Shown: positions 17,239-27,069, counted from the stretch's first letter. The stretch: 32,000 bases of DNA from Microcystis aeruginosa NIES-2549 (GCF_000981785.2 NZ_CP011304.1:450001-482000), one strand, 5' to 3'. Notes: a model not told the origin generated them from the letters alone. Numbers and translations: made by a program.

Positions 17239-18543
17239 ATGCAGAGATATATTCGATCGCCCCTAGCCCTAACCCTGAGCATCAGCCTCTTAGCTAATTT
17301 TTTAACCGCTTGTAATAATGCCCAAACCCCCGATAACACTGCCTCTAGTCCCACCACCACTACCCCCGGTGATCAAGGCTTAAAATTAGGGGCTTTACTG
17401 CCCATTACCGGAGATTTAGCCGCTATTGGTCAAAATATGCCCGAAGCGTCTGCCCTAGCGGTAGAGACTATCAATGCCTGTGGTGGAGTCAATGGCAAAC
17501 CCGTCACCCTCGTGAAAGAAGATGACCAAACCGATCCCGCCGCCGGTGCTTCAGCGATGACGAAACTAGCGGAGGTGGATAAAGTAGCCGGTGTGATCGG
17601 TTCCTTTGCCAGTAGCGTCTCAGGAGCAGCCGTCGATGTGGCGGTGAGAAAGAAAGTTATGTTAGTCTCTCCGGGTAGCACCAGTCCTGTATTTACTGAC
17701 AGGGCGAAAAAAGGCGATTTTAAAGGTTTTTGGGCGCGGACGGCTCCCCCGGACACCTACCAAGCTCAAGCTTTAGCGGTCCTAGCTAAGAAAAAGGGTT
17801 TTCAAAATGTGGCCACCGTCGTGATCAATAACGATTATGGAGTGGGATTTGAACGGGAATTCGTGAGCGCTTTCGATAAATTAGGCGGCACTATCACTAA
17901 TAAGCAAAATCCCGTCCGTTATGACCCGAAAGCTGCCACTCTCGATAGTGAAGCGGCGGCTGCCTTCGCTAACCAACCGGATGCTGTAGCGGCAGTCCTT
18001 TACGCTGAAACGGGTAGTTTATTACTACAAGCGGCCTATAAACAGGGATTGACCAAAGGAGTTACTGTCCTCCTCACCGATGGGGTTTATTCGGAAGATT
18101 TCACCAAACAGGTGGGGAAAGGAACCGATGGTAAGTCAATTATTGCCGGCGCCCTAGGCACTGTCCCCGGGGCCGACGGTCAAGCTTTAAGGGCTTTTAC
18201 TAGCCTCTGGAAAGAAAAAACTGGCAAGGATGTCACTGCTTTTGTTCCCCATACTTGGGACGCGGCGATTTTATTGATGTTAGCGGCTGAGGCGGCTAAA
18301 TCTAACACTGGTGAAGGGATTCAAAGCAAGATTCGTGAGGTGGCTAATGGTCCGGGGACGGAAGTAACCGATGCTTGTCAAGCCATGGAAATGATTCGCA
18401 AAGGCGAGGATATTAACTATCAGGGGGCCAGTGGTAATGTCGATATCGATGAAAATGGCGATGTGGTGGGTAGTTACGATGTCTGGACTGTTAAGGATGA
18501 CGGGACTCTCAAGGTTATTGATAAGGTGACACCTAATCAGTAA
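17239..18543 (+). CDS. ABC transporter substrate-binding lipoprotein, branched-chain/neutral amino acid type (LivJ/NatB-like, type 1 periplasmic binding fold)
   Basis: Lipobox LLANFLTAC. The Leu/Ile/Val-binding family pattern GALLPITGDLAAIGQ, GVIGSFASSVS and VSPGSTSP is present. Confidence 0.85.
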   Translation: MQRYIRSPLALTLSISLLANFLTACNNAQTPDNTASSPTTTTPGDQGLKLGALLPITGDLAAIGQNMPEASALAVETINACGGVNGKPVTLVKEDDQTDPAAGASAMTKLAEVDKVAGVIGSFASSVSGAAVDVAVRKKVMLVSPGSTSPVFTDRAKKGDFKGFWARTAPPDTYQAQALAVLAKKKGFQNVATVVINNDYGVGFEREFVSAFDKLGGTITNKQNPVRYDPKAATLDSEAAAAFANQPDAVAAVLYAETGSLLLQAAYKQGLTKGVTVLLTDGVYSEDFTKQVGKGTDGKSIIAGALGTVPGADGQALRAFTSLWKEKTGKDVTAFVPHTWDAAILLMLAAEAAKSNTGEGIQSKIREVANGPGTEVTDACQAMEMIRKGEDINYQGASGNVDIDENGDVVGSYDVWTVKDDGTLKVIDKVTPNQ

Positions 18544-18575
18544 TCAGTAATCAGTAATCAGTGATCAGTAATCAG
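18535..18575 (+). repeat. Heptamer tandem array (AATCAGT)~6 that contains the stop codon of the binding-protein gene
   Basis: Read directly. The stop TAA at 18541-18543 lies across the first two repeat units. Confidence 0.9.
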
Positions 18576-19030
18576 GAGATTGTTTTTATTTATTCTCTCT
18601 GCTCTCCTTCTCCCCTCTCTCCCCCAACACCCACGAAGTCCGTTGACAGCAGCATACTTTGTGCTTTTTGTCAAAAAAACTTTTTTTTTGCAATAAAACT
18701 ACACAAAAAAAAGATCATCGTTGTGGGTGAAATTGACTCATTTACCTGTCTTAATGAGGATTACCTTCTAGGTGTGGCAAGGGTTTCAACCATTGCGGCC
18801 CGAAAAAGCACAGAACAACCCATTATGAAATTCAGTAAAATCGCTGTAACCATCATAACATCGTTGTTAAATAAAAATCTTTCTCAATTAATTTTTAAGA
18901 ATTTGTAAATATTGCGGAATGTTAATTTAAATATTCTCAAGTTTGTGGAGTTAATCAATAATTTTTGCTTATCTTTGTCGAACATTGGGTTAGGAGTCGG
19001 TCGTCAGGAGATAGGGTGTTAGGGTTTTGG

Positions 19031-19070
19031 GGTGATAGGGTGATAGGGTGATAGGGTGATAGGGTGATGA
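19031..19070 (+). repeat. Octamer tandem array (GGTGATAG)4 plus GGTGATGA
   Basis: Read directly. Confidence 0.9.
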
Positions 19071-19086
19071 GACAGCTTCCCCACTT

Positions 19087-19114
19087 CATAATTCATAATT
19101 CATAATTCATAATT
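19087..19114 (+). repeat. Heptamer tandem array (CATAATT)4 abutting the ftsW stop codon
   Basis: Read directly. The ftsW stop (minus strand) is at 19117-19119. Confidence 0.9.
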
Positions 19115-19116
19115 CA

Positions 19117-20334
19117 TCACTGATGACTGAAAACCGAGACAGTTTTCTGAGGACTTTTTTTACTGGTGGGAACTGGATCGGGGTCATTTTCTTCCCTAGC
19201 CACCCGGATTAAGAGGGCTGCTAAAAAGAGACTGGCTAAACTGGAACTGCCGCCATAACTAAAGAGAGGGAAAGGTAGGCCAGTAGTGGGTAAAGAACCA
19301 GTGGCCACACCCATATTTAACAGAGATTGACCGATTAAAATTACCATCGCCCCGATCGCCACTAATTTTTTGATGCGATGACGACATTTAACCGCCACGA
19401 TTAGAGCGAGAGTAGCGTAGAGAAATAGCATAATTAACAGTAAAATACCGCCAATAAAACCAAATTCCTCGCCAAAGACAGCGAAAATAAAATCCGTATC
19501 TGGGAAGGGTAGATAAAATAATTTTTGTTGGGATAGACCGTAACCGCTGCCGGTGGTTCCGCCAGAACCGATCGCCAGTAAACTCTGCACTAATTGATAA
19601 CCATCACCCCGGGGATCCTGCCAGGGGTCTAAGAAAGATAAAATCCGTTTTCTCTGGTATTCGCGGAAAGTAACACTAACCACGGCCATAGTTAAACCCA
19701 GTAAAGCGGTGCTGGTCATGTAGGATAAAGGCAGACCGGAGGCGAGAGCGATCAACCAGAGAGTTATACCACACAGAGCAGTGGTACTCAAGTTAGGTTG
19801 TAAGAGAATGCCGGCTAGAATTAGGCCAAAAATAGCAATCCAAGTTAACCGTTGATTGACATTTAAACGCGGCCATCCACCGAAAACCGCCGCCCCTTGC
19901 AGGACGAGAAACGGTTTCATAAATTCTGACGGTTGCAAGAGAATCGGCCCGATTTTAATCCAACGGGTGGCACCGTTGATATTAGCTCCCAAACCGGGGA
20001 TGAGAGTGATCAAAATTAATCCTAAAACTAATAAAATCATCCAGGGGGCGATTTTGAGGAGTTTCTCGATCGGCAATCGCACCAAGAAATTAAAGCCAAT
20101 TAAGCCAATCCAAAGCCAGATTAATTGGCGGATAAAATAGTATAGTCCGTTATCAAAGCGACTGTCAGCCAGAGCGTAGGAGGCAGAAAAAAGCACCACT
20201 AACCCGACTGACAGCCACAAAAAGGTCATCCAGCGCAATAATCGCGCTTCGGCTGACCAGTTTTTCACATCGGGGTCAAAAATAGGGATAATGTATTGCC
20301 ACACGGAGATTTTTCGAGAAGAAGTATCTTGCAC
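19117..20334 (-). CDS. ftsW: FtsW/RodA/SpoVE (SEDS) family cell-division protein
   Basis: About 10 TM segments and a SEDS-like C-terminal region (TGLPFPLFSYGGSS). N-terminus NWSAEARLLRWMTFLWL as in cyanobacterial FtsW. The start at 20334 is GTG. Confidence 0.85.
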   Translation of the reverse strand: MQDTSSRKISVWQYIIPIFDPDVKNWSAEARLLRWMTFLWLSVGLVVLFSASYALADSRFDNGLYYFIRQLIWLWIGLIGFNFLVRLPIEKLLKIAPWMILLVLGLILITLIPGLGANINGATRWIKIGPILLQPSEFMKPFLVLQGAAVFGGWPRLNVNQRLTWIAIFGLILAGILLQPNLSTTALCGITLWLIALASGLPLSYMTSTALLGLTMAVVSVTFREYQRKRILSFLDPWQDPRGDGYQLVQSLLAIGSGGTTGSGYGLSQQKLFYLPFPDTDFIFAVFGEEFGFIGGILLLIMLFLYATLALIVAVKCRHRIKKLVAIGAMVILIGQSLLNMGVATGSLPTTGLPFPLFSYGGSSSLASLFLAALLIRVAREENDPDPVPTSKKSPQKTVSVFSHQ

Positions 20335-20375
20335 AGATTAACCGAAAAGACTAGGCTCGATCGCGGTTTGTTCCA

Positions 20376-21320
20376 CTATCCGACGGCTACATGACCGATT
20401 AAACCCGCATTTTCACCGTGCCATTCTAGGGTATCACCGATCGCCTGACCGTCGTGATAGGCAGCCAAGAGAATTTCCGCCGTTTTCCCCCAAACAATAT
20501 TACCCTGACGATCAAGGGAAATCATGCCCAGATCCCGACCATTAGTTTGGGATTCGTGCATGGACTTCTCCACGGCAGCGGCGAGGGAAAAACCATCGGT
20601 GACGCGAATGACCACCTTAGCGGCTAAACACTCATCGATAATATCTTCCCCGACCCCCGTACAACTTACTCCGGCCCATGGATTCGCATAATTGCCGGCC
20701 GGCATGGCACTGTCACTAACGCGACCAATTCTTTCTAATCCCTTACCTCCGGTAGAAGTTCCGGCGGCGATGTCTCCTTGCTGATCAAGGGCCACTACCC
20801 CGATAGTTCCCCGTCGTGCTGACGAGTCGGCGAATAAACGGGCCATTTTGCGATTAAAATTCGTCTTTCTTTCCTCCATCCATTCTTGAATCCGATAATC
20901 GGTGAGGGGATCATAGAGGGGAATTTGTAATTCTCGGGCCAGATCTGCAGCCCCAATTTCCGAGAGAATGCGATCCTCTTGACTTTGGAGAAATTGGGCC
21001 AGGCTAATGGGATTCTGTACCCGCGAGACGTTAATGACACCGCTTAAACGCTGATGACGACCATCCATCAAGGCTGCACTCATTCGCACCTGACCGTCCG
21101 ATTGCACCACCGAACCAGTCCCAGCATTAAATCGCGGTTCATCCTCCAGTAACATACATCCTTTTGTTACCGCCTCCACAGCACTAGCACCATTGTCAAG
21201 GAGGTTGTAAATATTCTTAACAATCCCCCGGAGAGAATCGCGCACTGATTCTAAACCACCTTTGTCCTCTAGGGAACTCGCTCCCCCATGAATAATTAAC
21301 TTCGGATTTACTCTGGTCAT
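20376..21320 (-). CDS. iaaA: Isoaspartyl peptidase / L-asparaginase (Ntn hydrolase, plant-type asparaginase family)
   Basis: HGGA near the N-terminus, the autoprocessing/nucleophile context GTIGVVALD, and GAAGTSTGG. Confidence 0.88.
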   Translation of the reverse strand: MTRVNPKLIIHGGASSLEDKGGLESVRDSLRGIVKNIYNLLDNGASAVEAVTKGCMLLEDEPRFNAGTGSVVQSDGQVRMSAALMDGRHQRLSGVINVSRVQNPISLAQFLQSQEDRILSEIGAADLARELQIPLYDPLTDYRIQEWMEERKTNFNRKMARLFADSSARRGTIGVVALDQQGDIAAGTSTGGKGLERIGRVSDSAMPAGNYANPWAGVSCTGVGEDIIDECLAAKVVIRVTDGFSLAAAVEKSMHESQTNGRDLGMISLDRQGNIVWGKTAEILLAAYHDGQAIGDTLEWHGENAGLIGHVAVG

Positions 21321-21521
21321 CGAAAAATTGAGTCCGAAACCCCGTCTCTTGAGGACGGCTTTACCATTAAATAGTAGCGCATTTACACCATCTATCTTGA
21401 CTTCCCCTTTAACAAAAGGGCATAAACTGTACTGTCAGCTGCCCGCGCATTTAAATTGCTTAACAGCTTATCATACTAAATCCAGTTATTAAAAACTGAT
21501 TATTTATTCTCCGTTTTGCCT

Positions 21522-21775
21522 GAGTGCCTCTCTTGATATGTAGTCCATACTCAACGGATGACCGTATTACTTCCGATTTTATCTCTCAATCCAAGCCTTT
21601 GGGGGGTTCTACCCCCCAAACCCCCCGTTGGGGGCGTGGCGCCGCCCCCAAACCCCCCGCGCATTAGTTTTTCGGTGAGATGCTTACACGCAGCTGCTAA
21701 TACATCTGTCATAATTTAAGAGGCACTCCTGCAAGGGGAGTGCCTCTCCTGATATGTAGCCTATACTCAGCGGAT
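21522..21775. repeat. Two 38-nt imperfect direct repeats (34/38) flanking a ~180-bp G/C-hairpin-rich segment
   Basis: GAGTGCCTCTCTTGATATGTAGTCCATACTCAACGGAT (21522-21559) against GAGTGCCTCTCCTGATATGTAGCCTATACTCAGCGGAT (21738-21775). Between them CCCCCAAACCCCCCG occurs twice. A perfect hairpin AGAGGCACTCC/GGAGTGCCTCT lies at 21719-21747. Confidence 0.6.
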
Positions 21776-21776
21776 T

Positions 21777-21871
21777 TATAGTCATTTCAGATAAGTCTGA
21801 TACACTCTAGACCGACAAAACCCTTATGAACTCTGGGATTGATATTCTCAATCTTAATTGAAATGACTATA
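21777..21871. repeat. 95-bp unit bounded by 19-bp inverted repeats (17/19); MITE-like
   Basis: TATAGTCATTTCAGATAAG (21777-21795) against CTTAATTGAAATGACTATA (21853-21871). Confidence 0.4.
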
Positions 21872-21934
21872 GTATCAAATATTTTTTCGACATTTTTGTT
21901 TGAATTAGAGAAGACAAGAAGGGACAACCCAAAA

Positions 21935-21971
21935 GAAAACCCAACCACCGCCATGGGAAGATTGGGTTTTC
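21935..21971 (-). terminator. Candidate terminator hairpin downstream of chlP
   Basis: GAAAACCCAA (21935-21944) pairs with TTGGGTTTTC (21962-21971) across a 17-nt loop. On the minus strand it is followed by CTTTTGGG. It lies 17 nt past the chlP stop. Confidence 0.45.
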
Positions 21972-21987
21972 TGGTTATCAATGGATT

Positions 21988-23205
21988 TTAAGGGGCCAAA
22001 GCGTTACCGCGCAGGAGAGAACCGATGGTTTTAGCGGTAATCTTCATCTGTACGAGAGGATTAGCGGGAACAACGGTTTTATAGAGATAACTGTCAAAAG
22101 TCATCTTCTGTACATCCTTATCGGAACACATTTCCACAAAAGCTTCCCGGGTGGCATCGGTACGGTAGAAAACCCGTTGCAGGATATCTAATACCAGATA
22201 GGTCATACCGTATTTCTTATCCCAACGCTTGAGGTAGAGTTTTAACTCGTCCTCTGTGGGAATACGTTGGCCGCCGTTAGTGACTTCGACAATGGTTTCC
22301 GCACACATCCGCGCCGATTTAGCGGCGAAATAGATGCCTTCTCCCGAAGACTTGGTAACTGTTCCCGCAGCATCACCTACGAGGGCCACGCGACCAACTA
22401 CACGACGAGGACGGGGATGTTCGGGGATGGGGTGAGCTTCCACGCGGATGATTTCGCCCCCTTCCAGACGACGGGCCGCGCGAGCGCGAATACCGGCTTG
22501 TAGGTCTTTAATCATGGCTTTATTGACCTTCATTGTGCCAGTACCGACGGCGACGTGATCGTATTTAGGGAATACCCAAGCGTAGAAGTCGGGGGATACG
22601 TCTTTTCCTACATACATTTCGGCCAGATCTTCGTAGTAGGCCATTTTATCTTGGGGGAGACGGATGCGTTCTTGGAAAGCGATCGCATAGTTGTAATCCC
22701 CGGCATCAATAGCTTTGGCAATGCGGGAATTAGCACCGTCGGCGCCGATAACCACATCCACCTTCAGAGATTTCATTTCCCCTTGGGAATTGCCGTGGGA
22801 GTGATCGGCGTAGTGTAGGGTATAGGGATCGGTGCTATTGGTGGGAATGTCGAGACCGTAAACGGTTCCGTTGATTAAATGCGCTCCTAATTTATGGGCG
22901 CGTTCTCTCATAAAACCGTCGAGGACTTCCCGACGACACATTCCGATATATTCGTCTTGATTATCGAGATTAATATCGACTTCGACGTTAGAGGGGGAGA
23001 TCATTTTCATTTTTCTCACCCGGCGATCGATAATTTCAGGAGGTAGGTCAAATTCGCTCACCATACAGAGAGGAATCGCTCCACCACAGGGTTTAGCATT
23101 ATCTAATTTGCGTTCAAATAAATAGGTTTCAATGCCTGCTTTAGCTAATGTTTCTGCCGCCGAAGAACCGGCCGGCCCTGAACCCACAACAGCGACTCTT
23201 AACAC
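21988..23205 (-). CDS. chlP: Geranylgeranyl diphosphate / geranylgeranyl-chlorophyll reductase
   Basis: FAD fold VAVVGSGPAGSSAAE with the ChlP-typical KPCGGAIPLCMV. 405 aa. GTG start at 23205 preceded by AGGAG. Confidence 0.93.
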   Translation of the reverse strand: MLRVAVVGSGPAGSSAAETLAKAGIETYLFERKLDNAKPCGGAIPLCMVSEFDLPPEIIDRRVRKMKMISPSNVEVDINLDNQDEYIGMCRREVLDGFMRERAHKLGAHLINGTVYGLDIPTNSTDPYTLHYADHSHGNSQGEMKSLKVDVVIGADGANSRIAKAIDAGDYNYAIAFQERIRLPQDKMAYYEDLAEMYVGKDVSPDFYAWVFPKYDHVAVGTGTMKVNKAMIKDLQAGIRARAARRLEGGEIIRVEAHPIPEHPRPRRVVGRVALVGDAAGTVTKSSGEGIYFAAKSARMCAETIVEVTNGGQRIPTEDELKLYLKRWDKKYGMTYLVLDILQRVFYRTDATREAFVEMCSDKDVQKMTFDSYLYKTVVPANPLVQMKITAKTIGSLLRGNALAP

Positions 23206-23454
23206 TCAGGTTTTCTCCTACATACTTACGAGCGAGTACGCTTTGCAGTGTACCACAGGGGTTTAGCCGAAAGAAACGGGATTCTCCGATTCTGCCCGAT
23301 CTTGCAACAGTGCTTAACATCCTCTGTTACAAAAGTTTATTTTCTTGCCTGTAGATGTTTTTTTATCGATGTGTTGTATTGTGTTACACCCTTAGAGAAG
23401 AAAACTGCTAAACCCCTCTCCCAAACTGGGAAAAGGGGATATTTTCTAGGATTG

Positions 23455-24549
23455 TTAACCTCTTGCTTTCAACCAATCGCTAATAGCGGGGGGTAAATCC
23501 CGTTGTACTTTGCCACTGACATACATTCCGATATGTCCGACGGGGAAGGCACAAGCGGTATAGTCAGAAGTACCGATATAATTCCCTAAAGCGAGGGAAG
23601 AAGCGGGAGGGACAAGGTGATCTTTATCTGCGTAAAGATTGAGAATTGGCATGGTCAGATTATGTAAATCTACCCGTTTATCTCCTAACATCACTTCCCC
23701 TTTAATCAGTTTATTTTGCTGATAGAAATCCTTGAGAAACTGTCGATAGGATTCTCCCGCTTGGTCGGGACTATCAAAAATCCATTTTTCCATACGCAGA
23801 AAATTAACTAATTTCGATTCGTCTTCCATGATGTCGGGAAAATCGAGGTATTTCTGATAACCTAACTGTAAAGGTTTCAATTCCAGAAACTCTAAGTTGA
23901 GAAAATCTCCCGGAATATTGCCCATGGTATCTACCATTAAATCGATGTCTAATGCTTCGGAACCCAAGGAACACCCCCCGCGCATATTTAAGAGGGTCTC
24001 GGTTTGATAAAAGTCCACTGGTGTCACCATTGTCACCAGATTTTTTACCTTATCGGGATAGAGGGAACTATAGCATAAACTAAAGGTTCCTCCCTGACAG
24101 ATTCCTAACAGATTAATTTTGTCGAGATGGTGACTTTGACGAATAAAATCGACGCAATTATCCACATAACCATTGATATAATCATCAAGGGTTAACCAGC
24201 GATCGCTTCTGGTGGGATATCCCCAATCAATTAAGTAGATATCTAGACCTAATTTCAGCAGATTGGCCACTAAAGAACGCCCTTCCTGTAAATCTACCAT
24301 GTAGGGACGATTGACCAAAGCATAAACCATCAGTAAGGGTATCTCGAAGGGTTTTTCGACCACGGGTTTAAAGTGGTAGAGAATGATTTTATCTTCCCGA
24401 TAAACTGCTTCTTTTTCCGATACTCCACACTGAATATCTTCTTCTTTAACTCGTTTGAGATTGTCTAGACCTTTAAGATTTTTCTGAGTTAATTCTAGAT
24501 AATCTTGGGTAAAATCTTCCAGTTTCACTTGCGTCAAAAATGGCCACAT
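23455..24549 (-). CDS. phaC: Class III poly(3-hydroxyalkanoate) synthase subunit PhaC
   Basis: Lipase-box-like GICQGG with catalytic Cys, ~360 aa as in class III enzymes, located immediately downstream of phaE. Confidence 0.9.
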   Translation of the reverse strand: MWPFLTQVKLEDFTQDYLELTQKNLKGLDNLKRVKEEDIQCGVSEKEAVYREDKIILYHFKPVVEKPFEIPLLMVYALVNRPYMVDLQEGRSLVANLLKLGLDIYLIDWGYPTRSDRWLTLDDYINGYVDNCVDFIRQSHHLDKINLLGICQGGTFSLCYSSLYPDKVKNLVTMVTPVDFYQTETLLNMRGGCSLGSEALDIDLMVDTMGNIPGDFLNLEFLELKPLQLGYQKYLDFPDIMEDESKLVNFLRMEKWIFDSPDQAGESYRQFLKDFYQQNKLIKGEVMLGDKRVDLHNLTMPILNLYADKDHLVPPASSLALGNYIGTSDYTACAFPVGHIGMYVSGKVQRDLPPAISDWLKARG

Positions 24550-24581
24550 AATTTAATTCTCCTAGAAAAGTGGGGATTTTT

Positions 24582-24683
24582 CAGTGAGCAGTGAACAGTA
24601 ATCAGTGAAAAGAAAGTTCCGAAGTTTTCACCTAACACTATATACTGAAAACTGCAATCCTATAACTGATAACTGATAACTGA
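24582..24683. repeat. Two heptamer arrays in the phaE-phaC spacer: CAGTGAG CAGTGAA CAGTAAT CAGTGAA (24582-24609) and (TAACTGA)3 (24663-24683)
   Basis: Read directly. The two arrays are in opposite orientation relative to the consensus CAGTNAT. Confidence 0.85.
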
Positions 24684-24700
24684 TTGTCAAGCACAATTAA

Positions 24701-25696
24701 CTAATTATTACTTTCTATTTCTTTTTTTTCTCCTAAAGCTTTTTTGAGACTTTTTACCTCTTTGCGTAATTCATAGATAGTCCGATGAATTTCATCCACT
24801 TCGCTGCGGGTAGGCAGATTCATTGATCGCAGGTAAATTTCCATTAAATCCTGCTGTTTGAGGCGATAATCATTGAGGGAATTAATAAATTTTCCCCTTA
24901 CTTTTAGGTTTTCTGGTTGACAAAAAGCCTTTTCAAAAATATCATCAGCGACGACACTCCACACATCTTGAAATTCTCGCCAATCCTTGACAGGTTGACC
25001 TTTTTCTGCTAAGAAAACTAATTTTTTAGTTAAAGCTTCAAAGGATTTAACTTGAATATCAGCCAGCACAATTTGATAGTTAATACTAGCTTGATAAAGA
25101 ACGCGCCAAGTTTCAAAACTATCGAGTAATTTGCGGTTAAATTCTCGCGGCAATCCCAATAAAGGCATCTGTAACCATTGGCCAAAAGTTTCATCATAAA
25201 ACTTCTGCCAATAGATATTATTGAGTTCGATCAAAGAAGAAGTATTACCTAACCAAGCTTTGGTTATTGTGTCATTTGACAGCACGAAAGGATCGAACCA
25301 TAAATGATTGAGACTTTGTAATTGTTGCAGGTAAATTGTCCATAGTTGACTGACATCTTGACTACTTTGGGAAGTGGTATTAGTAAAACTATTCAGTTGA
25401 CCCCGCATCTGTTGGGCATAATTATTTAAAATTGTTTGCCAGTCTTCTCCTGTTTGCATTTTCGGAAAGATACTTTCCCAAGCTTCCACCGATAATTTTA
25501 GGAATTTGATCAATAAATCCCGATTATCAAAATAGCGCTGGGTTGCCTCTTGTAATTCTGGTTTAATATTGCCCATAGGAGTCGGTATCGCCCCCATCAT
25601 ATCAAACCAACTTGACCACATTTTTGCCCCGGTTTCTGTCCAAAGATTGACGTAATCGGTGGCCATCTCACTCCAAGCTTGTGTCGGTTTATCCAT
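24701..25696 (-). CDS. phaE: Class III PHA synthase subunit PhaE
   Basis: About 330 aa with a Trp-rich N-terminus (WSEMATDYVNLWTETGAKMWSSWF) and a coiled-coil C-terminus, positioned upstream of phaC as in Synechocystis. Confidence 0.85.
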   Translation of the reverse strand: MDKPTQAWSEMATDYVNLWTETGAKMWSSWFDMMGAIPTPMGNIKPELQEATQRYFDNRDLLIKFLKLSVEAWESIFPKMQTGEDWQTILNNYAQQMRGQLNSFTNTTSQSSQDVSQLWTIYLQQLQSLNHLWFDPFVLSNDTITKAWLGNTSSLIELNNIYWQKFYDETFGQWLQMPLLGLPREFNRKLLDSFETWRVLYQASINYQIVLADIQVKSFEALTKKLVFLAEKGQPVKDWREFQDVWSVVADDIFEKAFCQPENLKVRGKFINSLNDYRLKQQDLMEIYLRSMNLPTRSEVDEIHRTIYELRKEVKSLKKALGEKKEIESNN

Positions 25697-25755
25697 TATT
25701 TTTGCCCTTTTCCTTTAACTCTAATTTCGCTAGTTTACTAACCCACCCTACACCC

Positions 25756-25775
25756 GATAACTGATAACTGATAAG

Positions 25776-25776
<1 letters not shown>
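25756..25776 (+). repeat. Heptamer array GATAACT GATAACT GATAAGT
   Basis: Read directly. It abuts the brnA-like stop codon at 25776-25778. Confidence 0.85.
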
Positions 25777-26340
<564 letters not shown>

Positions 26341-27057
26341 TTAGGTGTGATGGGCCCCATTAACTCTGAGGACTTCTCCAGAGACATAACTGCTGGCAAT
26401 AGGAGAGAGTAAATAGGCAGTTGCCCAGGCGATATCTGCGGGTTCACCGAAGCGACGACAGGGAATTTCGGCGGTGATTTTATCGCGAACCTTATCGGGA
26501 ATCGCTAAAGTCATTTCCGTGTTAATAAACCCCGGTGCGATCGCATTGGCGCGAATATTATAACGGGCAGCTTCTCGCGCTAGGGATTTGACTAAACCGA
26601 TAACTGCCGCTTTTGTGGCTGCGTAATTAGTTTGGCCGGCATTACCGCGATCACCGGAAATAGAACTAATACAAACGATCGATCCCGCTTGTCGTTGATA
26701 CATTCCCTCAATAAACGGTTTAATCGTGTGATTAACCCCTTTTAGGTTGACATTAATCACTAAATCCCAATCTAGCGGCGTTAATTTAGGGAAAAAGTTA
26801 TCTCTGGTAATCCCCGCGTTAGCGACGATACCGTAAACCGGTCCCAATTCCGCTTCAATTTGTTTAGCTGCCGCTTCCATGGATTCCAACTTAGTCACGT
26901 CGGCCACAATGCCTAAACCCTGGGGATTATCGGCGACTAAATCCGTGTAGGCCACCTTGGCCCCCAAATCTATCAAAAGAGAGACAATAGCCGCTCCAAT
27001 GCCTCGATTTCCGCCGGTAACGACGATAACTTTCTCCTCTAGTCCGAGAGATACCAT
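26341..27057 (-). CDS. phaB: Acetoacetyl-CoA reductase (SDR family)
   Basis: TGGNRGIG cofactor motif and catalytic YAATKAA. It lies 12 nt downstream of the thiolase gene within the pha cluster. Confidence 0.85.
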   Translation of the reverse strand: MVSLGLEEKVIVVTGGNRGIGAAIVSLLIDLGAKVAYTDLVADNPQGLGIVADVTKLESMEAAAKQIEAELGPVYGIVANAGITRDNFFPKLTPLDWDLVINVNLKGVNHTIKPFIEGMYQRQAGSIVCISSISGDRGNAGQTNYAATKAAVIGLVKSLAREAARYNIRANAIAPGFINTEMTLAIPDKVRDKITAEIPCRRFGEPADIAWATAYLLSPIASSYVSGEVLRVNGAHHT

Positions 27058-27069
27058 AGCTTTTTCCTC

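Noticed and set aside
18561-18908. 115-aa ORF downstream of the binding-protein gene
   Set aside because: The start codon is a GTG inside the AATCAGT heptamer array. The N-terminus is translated from a polypyrimidine tract and A/T runs, with no RBS and no domain. Only its last 27 codons are kept, as a speculative mini-ORF in the findings.
21787-21981. 64-aa minus-strand ORF downstream of chlP
   Set aside because: It overlaps the candidate chlP terminator hairpin and most of the 95-bp inverted-repeat unit. It is AT-rich, with no RBS and no homology I can recognise.
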